NCBI GenBank assembly: GCA_032162705.1 | Contig: JAVRON010000099.1 | Span: 57,788 to 81,787, forward strand | From: Acidobacteriota bacterium | GTDB lineage: Bacteria; Acidobacteriota; Blastocatellia; Pyrinomonadales; Pyrinomonadaceae | Direction: 5' to 3' | DNA: 24,000 nucleotides | Part shown: positions 15,160 to 22,797 of the stretch, one piece after another | Position numbering within the stretch: position 1 is the stretch's first letter | Layout of the letters: each line of letters starts with the position of its first letter | Program-made: the position numbers and the translations under genes | The notes under the pieces: generated by a model | What the model saw: the letters and a program-made list of their open reading frames with translations, nothing else | Database searches by the model: none | Told to the model about the DNA's origin: nothing

Positions 15160-15981
15160 TCAGCCGGAGACTTTGAAGAGGAGTTCGCGCTCCGAAGCGA
15201 CCGTCGTCTCGCGCTCCTCGCGCGCGAAGCCGCGTTGCGAGCCTCGTATGAAGGCGGCGAGATGCGCGACCGATTCGTCGTCGAGTTCTTCGAGCGCCGT
15301 CAAGGCCCGCGCGAGCGGCAGGCGCGTCCGGAATAGAAGCTGGTAGGCGCGCTTTAAGGCCGTACGTGCGGCGGGGCTGAAGCCGCCGCGGCGCAGTCCG
15401 ATGGCGTTCAGGCCGCGCACGCGCGGCGGGTTGCCGTCGGTCGTAAAGAACGGCAGAACGTCCTGCACGATTTTGGACTTGCCGCCGACCATCGCATAAC
15501 GCCCGAAGCGCACGAACTGATGCGCGCCGACGTTCGACGACAAGAAAACGTGGTCTTCGACGAGGACATGTCCCGCGAGCGCCGCGCCGTTGGCGAACGT
15601 GTTGTCGTCACCCACCTCGCAGTTGTGCGCGATGTGCGTGCCGACCATCAGAAAGTTGCGGCTCCCCACACGCGTCACACCGCCCTCGCCGCTCGCACGA
15701 TGTATCGTCACGTACTCGCGTACCAGATTGTCGTCGCCTACCAGCAGCGCGCTCGGCTCGCCCTTGAACTTCACGTCCTGCGGCTCGCCGCCCAAAGTTG
15801 CGTGCTCCGAGACGCGATTGCGCTCTCCCAAAGTCGTGAACCGCTTGACGACGGCGTGCGCTCCGATCTCGCAGCCCGCGCCGATCTTTACGTCATCCTC
15901 GACGACCGCATACGGGCCGACGCGCACGTCCGGCGCGAGGCTCGCACGCGGGCTGATGATGGCTGTCGGGTGTGCTTCCAT
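15160..15981 (-). CDS. lpxA: Acyl-ACP--UDP-N-acetylglucosamine O-acyltransferase
   Basis: 273 aa. IHPTAIISP.A.L...V.VGPYAVV, hexapeptide repeats, GTHIAHNCEVGD and the C-terminal helical domain GLN.IGLRRGGFS are typical LpxA. Confidence 0.93.
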   Translation of the reverse strand: MEAHPTAIISPRASLAPDVRVGPYAVVEDDVKIGAGCEIGAHAVVKRFTTLGERNRVSEHATLGGEPQDVKFKGEPSALLVGDDNLVREYVTIHRASGEGGVTRVGSRNFLMVGTHIAHNCEVGDDNTFANGAALAGHVLVEDHVFLSSNVGAHQFVRFGRYAMVGGKSKIVQDVLPFFTTDGNPPRVRGLNAIGLRRGGFSPAARTALKRAYQLLFRTRLPLARALTALEELDDESVAHLAAFIRGSQRGFAREERETTVASERELLFKVSG

Positions 15982-16021
15982 AAGTCTTAACCGTGGCGGG
16001 ATGGTACGACGGAGGGATAAT

Positions 16022-16107
16022 AAAAGGCAAAAGGCAAAGGTGCGGACACGTTGCGGCGCGAAGAATTTCTCTTCATTTTTGCCTTTTGCCTTTTGCCCTT
16101 TGCCTTA
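16022..16107. repeat. Inverted arrays of AAAAGGC / GCCTTTT heptamers in the lpxA / radical-SAM divergent spacer
   Basis: AAAAGGCAAAAGGCAAA (16022-16038) pairs perfectly with TTTGCCTTTTGCCTTTT (16078-16094). The right array continues to 16107. Confidence 0.8.
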
Positions 16108-16125
16108 CCCGGCGGGGCTAACGTC

Positions 16126-16154
16126 TTGTGTTTGCACACAGATGCCTTTATCAT
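16126..16154 (+). promoter_or_regulatory. Candidate promoter for the radical SAM gene
   Basis: TTGTGT (16126-16131), 17-nt spacer, TATCAT (16149-16154). The -35 is weak, so this is speculative. Confidence 0.25.
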
Positions 16155-16303
16155 GTCACGGTCATTTGGAAGCGCCCTCGTCGTCGTGTGTCTGGCAACG
16201 TTTGGGCACTTCGATGCACTTATACAACGGGTCATTTGTTCGGGCGCGCGCCCCTTTTTGTTACAGACGCGCGCCGTCCTCTACGTTAAGGAGAGTAAGA
16301 GCC

Positions 16304-18277
16304 TTGTTCAGCGATAATTTCCGCCGCGGCGAGTCAGAGAAGAGCCGCTTCAGCGGCGTGAAGAGATCAAAGCTGGTTTCGAGTTTGTCGGACGTGGCGT
16401 GGAAGGCTTTCCAGTCCGTCAACCGTCGCCTGCCCGAAGGTGAGGCCGTGCGTCCGAGTTGGGCCCCGGGGCCCCTCCTGAAATCTTACGAGCGCACCGC
16501 GCCGCCGCTCGGCTTCCCGCGCGAGACAGATTCGCTCTGCCCTCGCTGCGTCAAGGAAGTACGCACGGCCGTCATCTCGGGCGAGACGCCGATTGAGACC
16601 TTAAAGGACGAGCATCCCGGCGAGATCAAGGCGCAGATTTTCGAGGAGGACGGCAAGGTCTACATGACGAAGACCTGCCCGAAGCATGGCGAGTTCAAAG
16701 ACCTCATGGCGACCGACGCGCGCTTTCTCGAACGCATCGAGTCGCTCTTCTACGGGCGCGACTTCCGCTCGGCGGAAGACTCTCACGTCCATAAGCACGG
16801 AACCTCGAACATCAAGTTTGGCCGCGGCGCTGTTCTGACCGTCGATCTGACGAACCGCTGCAACATGATGTGCAACCCCTGCTTCATGGACGCCAATCAG
16901 GTCGGCTATGTCCACGAGCCGACGTTTGAGGATACCTGTGCGATCTTAGACCGCGCGGTCTCCTTCAAGCCCAAGCGCCAGATCATCATCCTCTTCTCGG
17001 GCGGCGAGCCTACTCTGTCGCCCTACTTCCTCGACGCCGTCGCCTACGCCAAGAAGGTCGGCTTCTATCGAATCTTAGCCGCCACGAACGGCATCCGCTA
17101 TGCGGAAGACATCGAGTTCTGTCGTCAGGCGAAGGAGGCCGGGCAGCACGGCGTCTACTTGCAGTTCGACGGCGTGTCTGAAGAGAAGAACGCGCACCGC
17201 GGCGTCGGCAATCTCTTCGACGTGAAGCTGCGCGCCATTGAGAATCTCGCCTCGGTCGGCATCAAGGTGACGCTCGTCACCACCATCGTCAACACCATCA
17301 ATAACGACGACATTGGCCGCATCGTCGAGTTCGCTGCGAAGAACATCGACAAGGTGCAGACCATCGCCTTCCAGCCCGTAAGTTTCACGGGCCGCGACGA
17401 GGACGTGCCCGATGCCATCCGCGAGCAGCAGCGCTACACGCTCGCAGGCATGGCCGGAGACTTGGAGCAGCAACTCGGCGGGCGCATGAAGTCTCTGCGC
17501 GACTGGTTCCCGCTCTCCTCTTACTCGGCGTTCACTTCCGTGATGGACATGCTTCAGGGTGCGGACGCGCCGTGGGGATGGTCTTCGTGTAACTGTCACC
17601 CGAACTGCGGCATCTTCACGCTCGCAGTCGTCAACCGGCAGACGGGCGACTTCAAGTCGCTCTTTGACTTCTTCGACTACGAGCAGTTCATGAAGGACGT
17701 GTCGCTTATCACCGACACGGCGCGTGGGCGTAAGCTGACGATGGCGCAGCTCGCGATGGCGATCATGCGCAACTTCCAGCCGGAGCGCGCGCCAGAGGGC
17801 TTCCCCGTCTCGCAGATCATCAATCTCTTCAAGCCCTCTTCGACCAGCTCGAACTCTGACCGCAACGACCGCATGAAGACCGAGAAGTCGGACGACCCCT
17901 CGGACGTGTGGCGCGTCCTCTGCGTCGAGGGCATGTGGTTCCAGGACTTGTTCAACTACGACTTCCGCCGCACCGAGATGTGCGTCATCCCTTACGGCAC
18001 GCAGGAGGGCGAGATTAGTTTCTGCGCCTACAACACCGGCGTCGGCTGGCGGCAGATCATCGAAGAGATGCACAAGACCGCGGGGCTAGCCGAGTGGTAC
18101 AAGGAGCATGGCCGCCACGCCGTCTATGCCAAGGGCAAGGCAGTCCCCGGCATCCAGAAGGCTCGTACTTTAAGCCTGCCCATCGTGCAGGCCATCCTCG
18201 CCGTGGACGAAGACGAGTCCAACAAGACCGCGACGCCTTACATCGTCGAGACAGAGGAAGAGACGGCGGCAGTCTAA
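16304..18277 (+). CDS. Radical SAM enzyme with tetraether-lipid-synthase (Tes/GDGT-MAS)-like architecture
   Basis: The proposed TTG start at 16304 lies 10 nt after AAGGAG. The ORF track extends the frame to 15590, but that part is antisense to lpxA. The CNMMCNPC (CX3CX2C) motif is at 16859-16882. An N-terminal CPRC...CPKHG metal-ribbon pair is present. Other motifs are GYVHEPTFED, FSGGEPTL, and extra Cys groups CNCHPNC, LCVEG, MCVIPYG and FCAYN. Confidence 0.7.
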   Translation: MFSDNFRRGESEKSRFSGVKRSKLVSSLSDVAWKAFQSVNRRLPEGEAVRPSWAPGPLLKSYERTAPPLGFPRETDSLCPRCVKEVRTAVISGETPIETLKDEHPGEIKAQIFEEDGKVYMTKTCPKHGEFKDLMATDARFLERIESLFYGRDFRSAEDSHVHKHGTSNIKFGRGAVLTVDLTNRCNMMCNPCFMDANQVGYVHEPTFEDTCAILDRAVSFKPKRQIIILFSGGEPTLSPYFLDAVAYAKKVGFYRILAATNGIRYAEDIEFCRQAKEAGQHGVYLQFDGVSEEKNAHRGVGNLFDVKLRAIENLASVGIKVTLVTTIVNTINNDDIGRIVEFAAKNIDKVQTIAFQPVSFTGRDEDVPDAIREQQRYTLAGMAGDLEQQLGGRMKSLRDWFPLSSYSAFTSVMDMLQGADAPWGWSSCNCHPNCGIFTLAVVNRQTGDFKSLFDFFDYEQFMKDVSLITDTARGRKLTMAQLAMAIMRNFQPERAPEGFPVSQIINLFKPSSTSSNSDRNDRMKTEKSDDPSDVWRVLCVEGMWFQDLFNYDFRRTEMCVIPYGTQEGEISFCAYNTGVGWRQIIEEMHKTAGLAEWYKEHGRHAVYAKGKAVPGIQKARTLSLPIVQAILAVDEDESNKTATPYIVETEEETAAV

Positions 18278-18285
18278 AAGTTAAC

Positions 18286-18327
18286 GTCCGCCCGTCGCTG
18301 CCGACTCAAGGGTCGCGATGGGCGGAC
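18286..18327. terminator. Stem-loop between the convergent radical SAM and HisKA genes
   Basis: GTCCGCCCGTCGC (18286-18298) pairs with GCGATGGGCGGAC (18315-18327) over 13 bp including one G-U. There is no clear U tract. Confidence 0.35.
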
Positions 18328-18407
18328 GCATCCTCCCGCTTTAACAATCAGACTTTAATTTTCCGCAGTGTGCGAGTGAAGGCCCCCGACGAACGTTCGG
18401 GCGCGCT

Positions 18408-18740
18408 TCAGCGGCGCGGCGGGTCTGTCGAGTCATCGTTGGGGCGTGAGACGGGTTGCGGCAGTTGAATCTCGCGCAAGCTCGCGACGGTGTCGCGGAT
18501 GCGGTTGGCGAGTTGCTCGATGGTCTCGACGCGGCGGCGGGCCGTGTGGCTTAGTTCCTCGCGCAGGAGGAGTTGAGCTTGGCCGATCAGTCCCGTCAGA
18601 GGATTGTTGATCTCGTGTCGCACGTGCGCGGCCAGTTCTGCGAACTCGGTCAGGCGTGCCTCACAGTCGGCGACGACGCGGCGCAGTTGCTCCTCTCGCC
18701 TCGCGGCCAACTCGGACTTACGCGCTTCGTTTTCGCTCAT
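18408..18740 (-). CDS. Stand-alone HisKA (DHp) domain protein, no ATPase domain
   Basis: 110 aa from ATG 18740, with GGGGGAAG upstream. A coiled-coil-like N-terminus is followed by the H-box ELAAHVRHEINNPLTGLIGQAQLL. Only about 130 nt separate its stop from the next gene, so there is no room for a HATPase_c domain. Confidence 0.65.
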   Translation of the reverse strand: MSENEARKSELAARREEQLRRVVADCEARLTEFAELAAHVRHEINNPLTGLIGQAQLLLREELSHTARRRVETIEQLANRIRDTVASLREIQLPQPVSRPNDDSTDPPRR

Positions 18741-18954
18741 TGCTTTACGGCTTCCCCCCGAAGCTACCCTGTGAGATGCAAAACACCTCTGAGGCCGTAG
18801 ACGTTTCGCCGGACGTGCGGGACTTCCGTGTCCCACGCCGCATTTTGCGCCCCGCCGGTGTCCGAAGCAAGAGATGCGGGGGCCGTATGCGCCGTCGGGG
18901 GCGAGCGGAAACCCCTCACCTTCCGCGTACACACGAAGGCTCGCGCTTCGGCAT

Positions 18955-18983
18955 TTGACAACCGCCCGGCCCATCCGTAAATT
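18955..18983 (+). promoter_or_regulatory. Sigma70-type promoter for tRNA-Gln
   Basis: TTGACA (18955-18960), 17-nt spacer, TAAATT (18978-18983), ending 12 nt before the mature tRNA 5' end. Confidence 0.6.
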
Positions 18984-18995
18984 CAATCACGCAGT

Positions 18996-19066
18996 TGGGA
19001 GGTCGTCCAATGGTAGGACTCCAGACTCTGGATCTGGCTATCGGGGTTCGAGTCCCTGCCTCCCAG
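18996..19066 (+). tRNA. tRNA-Gln (anticodon CUG)
   Basis: Manual cloverleaf. The acceptor is TGGGAGG/CCTCCCA with U1-A72 and discriminator G73 (Gln identity). The D stem is GTCC/GGAC. The anticodon stem is CCAGA/TCTGG with loop CTCTGGA. The T arm is CGGGG-TTCGAGT-CCCTG. CCA is not encoded. Confidence 0.9.
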
Positions 19067-19067
19067 T

Positions 19068-19109
19068 AAAGAGAAAGGCCGGACTTAATCGTCCGGCCTT
19101 TCTCTTTTT
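19068..19109. terminator. Bidirectional rho-independent terminator
   Basis: A perfect 17-bp stem, AAAGAGAAAGGCCGGAC (19068-19084) with GTCCGGCCTTTCTCTTT (19091-19107), has a 6-nt loop. It has T runs on the plus strand and an A-run complement on the other. It lies between tRNA-Gln (+) and the 19149 gene (-). Confidence 0.8.
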
Positions 19110-19148
19110 GTCCCGGTGCGACTCGCGCCCTTCGCTCCGCCTTCGTTC

Positions 19149-19706
19149 TCAACGCTTCACGGCGTAGAAGAGTCTCGTCATCACGAAGCTCTGGCCGACC
19201 TTCGGCGGGTCGAAGACGATGCCGAGGCCGAAGGTCGTGGTGCCCGCGTCCGTAGGGCTGTTACGTTCCGTCCGGTTGATGAAGACGCCCTCGAACTCTT
19301 CGGTAGCGCCGTCGTCATAGACTTTGGTTCCGGTCAACAGCGCGCCCGCGACCCTCGCGTCCCTGAGCGTGAATCTGCGTGGGCGTGCGAGGTCTGAGGT
19401 AGGCTCGCTGCCGGACGCGTCCGCGCGCCCGTCGGCCCTGACCGTGATTGTAAGAGCGCAGCCGAAGTCGGCCTCGTATGTGCCGGAGTAGCCACGCGCG
19501 TCCGCTTTGAACACGGGATCGCTCCGCACGTCCTTGAACTTCTCGACGCGGACGCCGCGTTTCTCTTTGACCTCGTGCTTGCTCTTGCTGAAAGAGGCCG
19601 CAAGCTCGCGCGCCCTGCTCTGTGGCTCAACCTGTCCGGCGAACGCGCCTGAGGTTGCGAGGCAGATACAGCCGAGCATCGTCGCCGCGGCTAAGAATTT
19701 ACGCAT
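19149..19706 (-). CDS. Small secreted hypothetical protein
   Basis: 185 aa with RBS GGGAGGGA and signal peptide MRKFLAAATMLGCICLATSGAFAG. No recognisable family. Confidence 0.65.
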   Translation of the reverse strand: MRKFLAAATMLGCICLATSGAFAGQVEPQSRARELAASFSKSKHEVKEKRGVRVEKFKDVRSDPVFKADARGYSGTYEADFGCALTITVRADGRADASGSEPTSDLARPRRFTLRDARVAGALLTGTKVYDDGATEEFEGVFINRTERNSPTDAGTTTFGLGIVFDPPKVGQSFVMTRLFYAVKR

Positions 19707-19788
19707 ATATCCCTCCCACCTGAAATTTCACCATCCGGACAGGAAACACCACCCGCGCGAATTTCGTGACAGGAAATTAACTTGAGCC

Positions 19789-21234
19789 TCAGATGTGTTG
19801 CCGCATCTTCAGAATCTTGACGAAGGAGCCGGAGCGCAACTCGTCTGTTGTGAGGCCGCTCAGACGGACGGCCTCTTCTTCGGAGACCGCGCCGCAGTTG
19901 ACCGCGCGCAGAAAGTAGTTGAGCAGTCCCTGACCCGTCGCGGCATCGTCGAACACGTCGCCGACGAGCGTGGCACGCGCGGCCTTCTCGACAAAGTTGC
20001 TCAGGCGCTCGGAGGCGGGCCCGAGACTTTCGAGGAAGAAGGTATAGACGGCTGCGTAGCGTGTGGGAAGTTGCGCGGGGTGCAAGTCCCAGCCCTGATA
20101 GAAGGCGTTCGTCAGCGAGTGCTGGATGTGTTCGTAGTGCAGACGCCACGCGCGCCAGACGGTGCGACGGTTCTCCTCCTCCTGCTCCGGAGTGAGCGAG
20201 CCGACCGGCGCGGCGCGGTGCGCGGGAACGGGCATGATGTTGGTCGCGCCGTCGGAGAGCCAGACGCCCGTGCCGCCCAAAGCGACCTGCATCACGTTGC
20301 GCGCGAAGTCGCAGGCGGGGTGCATCATGTGCTGGTGCGCCGCTGTGATTTGACAGCTCGCAGTGTAGTCGTAGGTTCCGAAGTGCGCCGCCGTGCATCG
20401 CCCGCGCGCCGCCTCGACAAGTAGCGGCAGGCCGCACTCGCCGCGCTGGTTGATGATCGACTGCGTCGTCTCGACCATCAACTCCATCTTCAAAGACCCT
20501 GCGGGGAGCGAGCCTGCGCGCTCGAACTCGTCGAAGAGACTGGCGAGCGCGGCGACCTGTTCGGGGATTGTGACTTTGGGAAGCGTGACGACGAAGTTCT
20601 CTGGGAGCCTGCCGCCCGTCTCTTCGAGGAGCGTCGAGAGAAAGATGTCGAGCGTGCGCGACGAGCGCGCATACAACTCCTCCGTGAAGGTCTTGATGCG
20701 AATGCCGATGAAGGGCGAGAGCGTGCCCGCTTCCAGTGCGCGCGCAACCTCCCTCGCCGCAGACTCGGCGTGGCCGTCCTCTTCGGCGTCGGGGCGGTTG
20801 CCGTAGCCGTCCTCAAAGTCTATGCGAAAATCCTCGACGGCCTCGCGCCGCAGCTTCTCCGCGACGCGCGTGTAGACCTTGTGCGCCAGCCACACGCCGC
20901 CGTGCTCGGCACGAAAGCCTGCCTCGTCGCGCTCGATTGCCTCGCGCACAGAGGAGTCGTCCGCTACCGAGTCCGGCAACTCGTCCGAGCCGGGCAGTTC
21001 GAGAGCGCGCGCGAAGACTGCGAAGTTCGGTGCGTACATGTCGAGCGCACGACGTGCGAGCGCGCCAAGTCGCTCGGTCGTGTCCGCCTTGAAGAGATGC
21101 GCGCCGCCGTAGACCGTGTGAACCGGCTGTCGGCGGAAGGACTCGCCGGGGTAGCGCGCCGCGAACTCACGGTTAGCTTGCTTCAGGCGGGCGGAAGTCT
21201 CCCGCGTCGATTCGGTCGTCAGCGTTGTTCTCAT
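19789..21234 (-). CDS. CitE/HpcH/malate-synthase-superfamily-like TIM-barrel protein of unknown function
   Basis: 481 aa from ATG 21234 (GGAG RBS); the ORF track starts 25 codons earlier. Motifs are FRIDFEDGYG (D-x-E-D as in malate synthase/CitE), KMELMVETTQS (IE[TS]-type metal ligand) and AHFGTYDYTAS (G-x-x-D). It is divergent from allantoinase. Confidence 0.45.
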   Translation of the reverse strand: MRTTLTTESTRETSARLKQANREFAARYPGESFRRQPVHTVYGGAHLFKADTTERLGALARRALDMYAPNFAVFARALELPGSDELPDSVADDSSVREAIERDEAGFRAEHGGVWLAHKVYTRVAEKLRREAVEDFRIDFEDGYGNRPDAEEDGHAESAAREVARALEAGTLSPFIGIRIKTFTEELYARSSRTLDIFLSTLLEETGGRLPENFVVTLPKVTIPEQVAALASLFDEFERAGSLPAGSLKMELMVETTQSIINQRGECGLPLLVEAARGRCTAAHFGTYDYTASCQITAAHQHMMHPACDFARNVMQVALGGTGVWLSDGATNIMPVPAHRAAPVGSLTPEQEEENRRTVWRAWRLHYEHIQHSLTNAFYQGWDLHPAQLPTRYAAVYTFFLESLGPASERLSNFVEKAARATLVGDVFDDAATGQGLLNYFLRAVNCGAVSEEEAVRLSGLTTDELRSGSFVKILKMRQHI

Positions 21235-21315
21235 GCTTCTCCTCGCGTTGTAGGGCCGGAGCATTCTACCGCAGCACATTCCGGGGCGCGAGGCGGTTAA
21301 GATGAGCAAGGTCTA

Positions 21316-21345
21316 TTGCCAAAACCCGACTTCGTGTTTTAAGTT
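21316..21345 (+). promoter_or_regulatory. Candidate promoter giving a leaderless allantoinase mRNA
   Basis: TTGCCA (21316-21321), 18-nt spacer, TAAGTT (21340-21345). The ATG at 21352 lies 7 nt after the -10 and has no SD. Confidence 0.35.
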
Positions 21346-21351
21346 TGCCAC

Positions 21352-22797
21352 ATGCCTTCGACAGACCTGTGTATCCGGGGTCAACGCGTTATCACTCCCG
21401 ACTCGGAGGGCCCGGCTGCGGTTCACATCCGCGACGGGCGCATCGCCGCTGTCGGTTCGTTTGAAGACGTGCCGGAGAATTGCTCTATCGTCGAAGCGGG
21501 CGACTCGGTTGTGCTGCCCGGTCTGGTCGATTCGCACGTCCACGTCAACGAGCCGGGGCGCACGCGCTGGGAGGGCTTCGCGACGGCGACGCGCGCGGCT
21601 GCCGCGGGCGGAGTGACGACCATCGTCGATATGCCGCTCAACAGCGTCCCGCCGACAACGACGACCGAAGGACTGCGTGAGAAACTCGACGCGGCTCGCG
21701 GTCAGTGTCGCGTGGACGTGGCCTTCTGGGGCGGCCTCGTGCCGGGCAACCTCGGCGCGCTCGCGCAGCTTTACGCAGGTGGTGTCGTCGGCTTCAAATG
21801 CTTTCTCATCCCCTCGGGCGTTCAAGAGTTCCCGCACATGACCGAGAGCGAGCTGCTGCCCGCGTTGTACGAGCTGGCACGACTCGACGCACCGCTCATC
21901 GTTCATGCAGAGATGCCGGGGCCCGTCGAGCGGGCACACGCCGACTGTTGCGAAGGAGAGGCGGCGGGCGACCCGCGGCGCTATGAGACGTTCCTGCGCT
22001 CGCGCCCGCGTGAGGCTGAGAATGAAGCCGTCGCGCTGATGCTCAAGCTCTGCCGTGAGACCGGCGCACGCGTACACATCGTCCATCACTCTTCAGCCGA
22101 CGCGCTGCCGCTCTTGCGCGAGGCGAAGGCGTTGGAGCTTGCCTTCACGGCGGAGACTTGCCCGCACTATCTCTTGTTCGCGGCGGAAGACGTTCCCGAC
22201 GGCGCGACCGAGTTTAAATGCTGCCCGCCCATACGCGAGCGCGAGAACCGCGAGCGTCTATGGGAAGCGCTCGGCGAAGGCACGATTGACATGATCGTCT
22301 CCGACCACTCGCCCTGCCCGCCCGAGATGAAGCGGAGGAGCGAGGGCGACTTCATGAAAGCCTGGGGCGGCATCTCGTCTCTGCAATTCAGGCTGCCTGT
22401 CATCTGGACTGAGGCGCGCAGGCGCGGCCACACACTTAAAGACCTCGCGCGCTGGCTCTCGCGCGAGCCTGCGCGGCTTGCCGGACTCCTCAGACGCAAA
22501 GGCTCGATCACGGTCGGTCGCGATGCAGACCTCGTCATCTTCGACCCCGATGCGACTTTCCGCATCACGCCCGAGACGAACGAGCACCGGCACAAGCTCA
22601 CGCCGTACGAAGGACGCGAGTTCACGGGCGTCGTCGAGGCGACATACCTGCGCGGAGAAAAAATTTACGAGCGTGGCAAGTTCGCGGAGACGCCGACGGG
22701 CGAGCTTATCCTGCGAGAAGACGAGCCGAAAGAGACAGTCGAATGGGACGACCCCGAAAACTTCGACGACCTAACCGGGAAAGATTTTGATGACTGA
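21352..22797 (+). CDS. allB: Allantoinase (cyclic amidohydrolase) with an acidic repeat-encoded C-terminal tail
   Basis: 481 aa. VDSHVHVNEPGRTRWEGFATATRAAAAGGVTTIVDMPLNS, GFKCFL, VSDHSPC and AWGGISSLQ are allantoinase signatures. Confidence 0.88.
   Translation: MPSTDLCIRGQRVITPDSEGPAAVHIRDGRIAAVGSFEDVPENCSIVEAGDSVVLPGLVDSHVHVNEPGRTRWEGFATATRAAAAGGVTTIVDMPLNSVPPTTTTEGLREKLDAARGQCRVDVAFWGGLVPGNLGALAQLYAGGVVGFKCFLIPSGVQEFPHMTESELLPALYELARLDAPLIVHAEMPGPVERAHADCCEGEAAGDPRRYETFLRSRPREAENEAVALMLKLCRETGARVHIVHHSSADALPLLREAKALELAFTAETCPHYLLFAAEDVPDGATEFKCCPPIRERENRERLWEALGEGTIDMIVSDHSPCPPEMKRRSEGDFMKAWGGISSLQFRLPVIWTEARRRGHTLKDLARWLSREPARLAGLLRRKGSITVGRDADLVIFDPDATFRITPETNEHRHKLTPYEGREFTGVVEATYLRGEKIYERGKFAETPTGELILREDEPKETVEWDDPENFDDLTGKDFDD

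Noticed and set aside
16243-16262. GGGCGCGCGCCC palindrome followed by CTTTTTG upstream of the radical SAM gene, considered as an attenuator or riboswitch terminator
   Set aside because: The palindrome leaves at most a 4-bp stem once a loop is allowed. No upstream aptamer-like structure was recognised. The evidence is insufficient.
15590-16303. N-terminal 238 codons of the 895-aa ORF containing the radical SAM gene
   Set aside because: 15590-15981 is antisense to lpxA, and the rest crosses the repeat-bearing spacer. The translation is Cys/Ser/Pro/Arg-rich with no protein-like features. A TTG with an AAGGAG RBS at 16304 gives a sensible start just upstream of the CPRC motif.
18741-18986. Upstream extension of the HisKA ORF to 192 aa
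   Set aside because: The extension is Arg/Cys/Gly-rich and not protein-like, and it overlaps the tRNA-Gln promoter. The internal ATG at 18740 has a G-rich RBS and yields a clean coiled-coil plus DHp protein.
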